Shown here piece after piece: positions 32,434 through 33,560 of a stretch of DNA of 33,560 nucleotides. Source of the stretch: Proteromonas lacertae (taxonomy: Eukaryota); the NCBI GenBank assembly GCA_002245135.1, contig NGBS01000341.1, forward strand, positions 1 to 33,560, given 5' to 3'. The notes under the pieces were generated by a model, which had not been told where the DNA came from, ran no database searches, and saw only the letters and a list, made by a program, of their open reading frames with translations. The translations under genes were made by a program, and so were the position numbers. How positions within the stretch are numbered: position 1 is the first letter of the stretch; the number at the start of each line of letters is the position of its first letter.

Positions 32434-32997
32434 ATTTCAAATAATAATGTTCCAATCCATGTATATTTAAGAGAATATAATGCAATTGTTAAAAATATGA
32501 AAATAATCAAGAGAATGTTAGATTATTTTAATAACATTAAACTAATTATTATAGGATATTATTTAACAAGAGAAATAGCAGAACCTTCATATTTTAATAA
32601 TTATATAGATTTGTTGTTGAATTATACTGACTTAGTTTACATAGTTCAGGATACTTCCACTTCTCTAAAAATCCTTATGAATGTATTACAATTAAAAAAA
32701 TTGCAAATTCATGTTATGGAATTATAGGTAAATGCATCTGTTTATAAGTTACCAATTATAAACAATGAAAGAATATCTTATATAGATATGAATAAGTATA
32801 TCTGCTCTAATAGTCGTTGTAGTTATGCTATTGAAGGTTGTCCAGTTTATTCAGATAGACATCATTTGAAAATTCAATTTGCATCTAAATTGAAGAATGA
32901 ATTTTTAAAACAATTTAAAATAATTAATCAAAATCATAATTACTTAAGTAATAATGAATGGTACAAGTGTAATGATATATATAAACAATTCAATTAA
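32434..32997 (+). pseudogene. SGNH domain of an AT3-SGNH (OafA-type) O-acetyltransferase, 5'-truncated
   Basis: VYIVQDT.../NPYECI...SC.../YIDMNKYICSNSRCSYAIEGCPVYSDRHHL (DxxH motif preceded by a paired Cys); frameshifts present; N-terminus absent. Confidence 0.7.
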
Positions 32998-33133
32998 AAT
33001 TGCTAATATATATATTACATATAAATAACACATATAAAGCTATTACACATATAATTGCTTCAAGGACTTATCCTTTACTGGATTAGTTAAACATTGTAAT
33101 AAGAATTTCTCTCAATCTATTTATATTAAGTAA

Positions 33134-33560
33134 ATGTATAATTATAATATAATAATATTTGTGCTATTTATGTATATAATATTTACAAAGAGTGATAGTA
33201 TTTACAATATATCAATAATAGAAAAGATAAATAGCAATACTAGTTTTAAACATATAAGGAAGTATATTGATAGTTATATTGTGATATATAATGTAAAGAA
33301 TAGAAATAAGATGAAAATTAAAAGAACATATATTACATTGAAACAAATGAAATATATGATGATATTCTATTTTAATTCCTTATACAATATAATAGTGAAA
33401 TCAAAAATAATAACTATTGTAGTGAAGATATGAAATATAAAATGAAGATAGAATTATTTAATAGAATTGATAAATCAAGAATAAGTAATGGATGTATGTA
33501 TTTTAATATTTCATATCTTAATATCTACATATACATACAAATATTTTTAGAAATTGTAAG
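33134..33560 (+). CDS. Probable 5' part of another type II membrane protein gene (possibly broken; may run off the window)
   Basis: ATG plus a hydrophobic anchor like its neighbours; no catalytic motif visible. Confidence 0.35.

Noticed and set aside
7545..33000. Bacterial contaminant polysaccharide locus
   Set aside because: It is contiguous with a telomere and has spliceosomal introns, eukaryotic TEs and type II Golgi-style anchors.

Overview
This is the left end of a chromosome from a very AT-rich eukaryote using the standard genetic code. About 460 bp of (CCCTAA)n telomere is fused directly into the middle of a glycosyltransferase ORF, with no telomere-associated repeat in between. The remaining ~33 kb is a dense subtelomeric array of about 18 glycan-building or glycan-decorating genes and relics, most with an N-terminal type II membrane anchor. 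These are two GLGN-type fucosyltransferases, a FUT8/GT23-like enzyme, GT31, GT92, GT77, GT61-like, DUF1647, DUF3431, three copies of a GT-A family, two further GT-A types, two FkbM methyltransferases, an SGNH O-acetyltransferase domain and a WecB epimerase-GT fusion. About six look intact; the rest carry frameshifts, stops or deletions. Interleaved mobile DNA comprises a Ginger-type integrase/Ulp1 transposon plus three solo ends, a DD34E Tc1/IS630 element with ~207-bp TIRs, a hAT derivative with an 8-bp TSD, a MULE fragment and an unidentified GC-richer repeat family. A displaced HYDIN fragment is also present. TTAGGG telomeres, HYDIN and 26-27 nt GT-AG introns suggest a flagellated or flagellate-derived protist, possibly the Proteromonas/Blastocystis lineage (inference only). 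All family calls come from motif recognition by eye; no database search was run.
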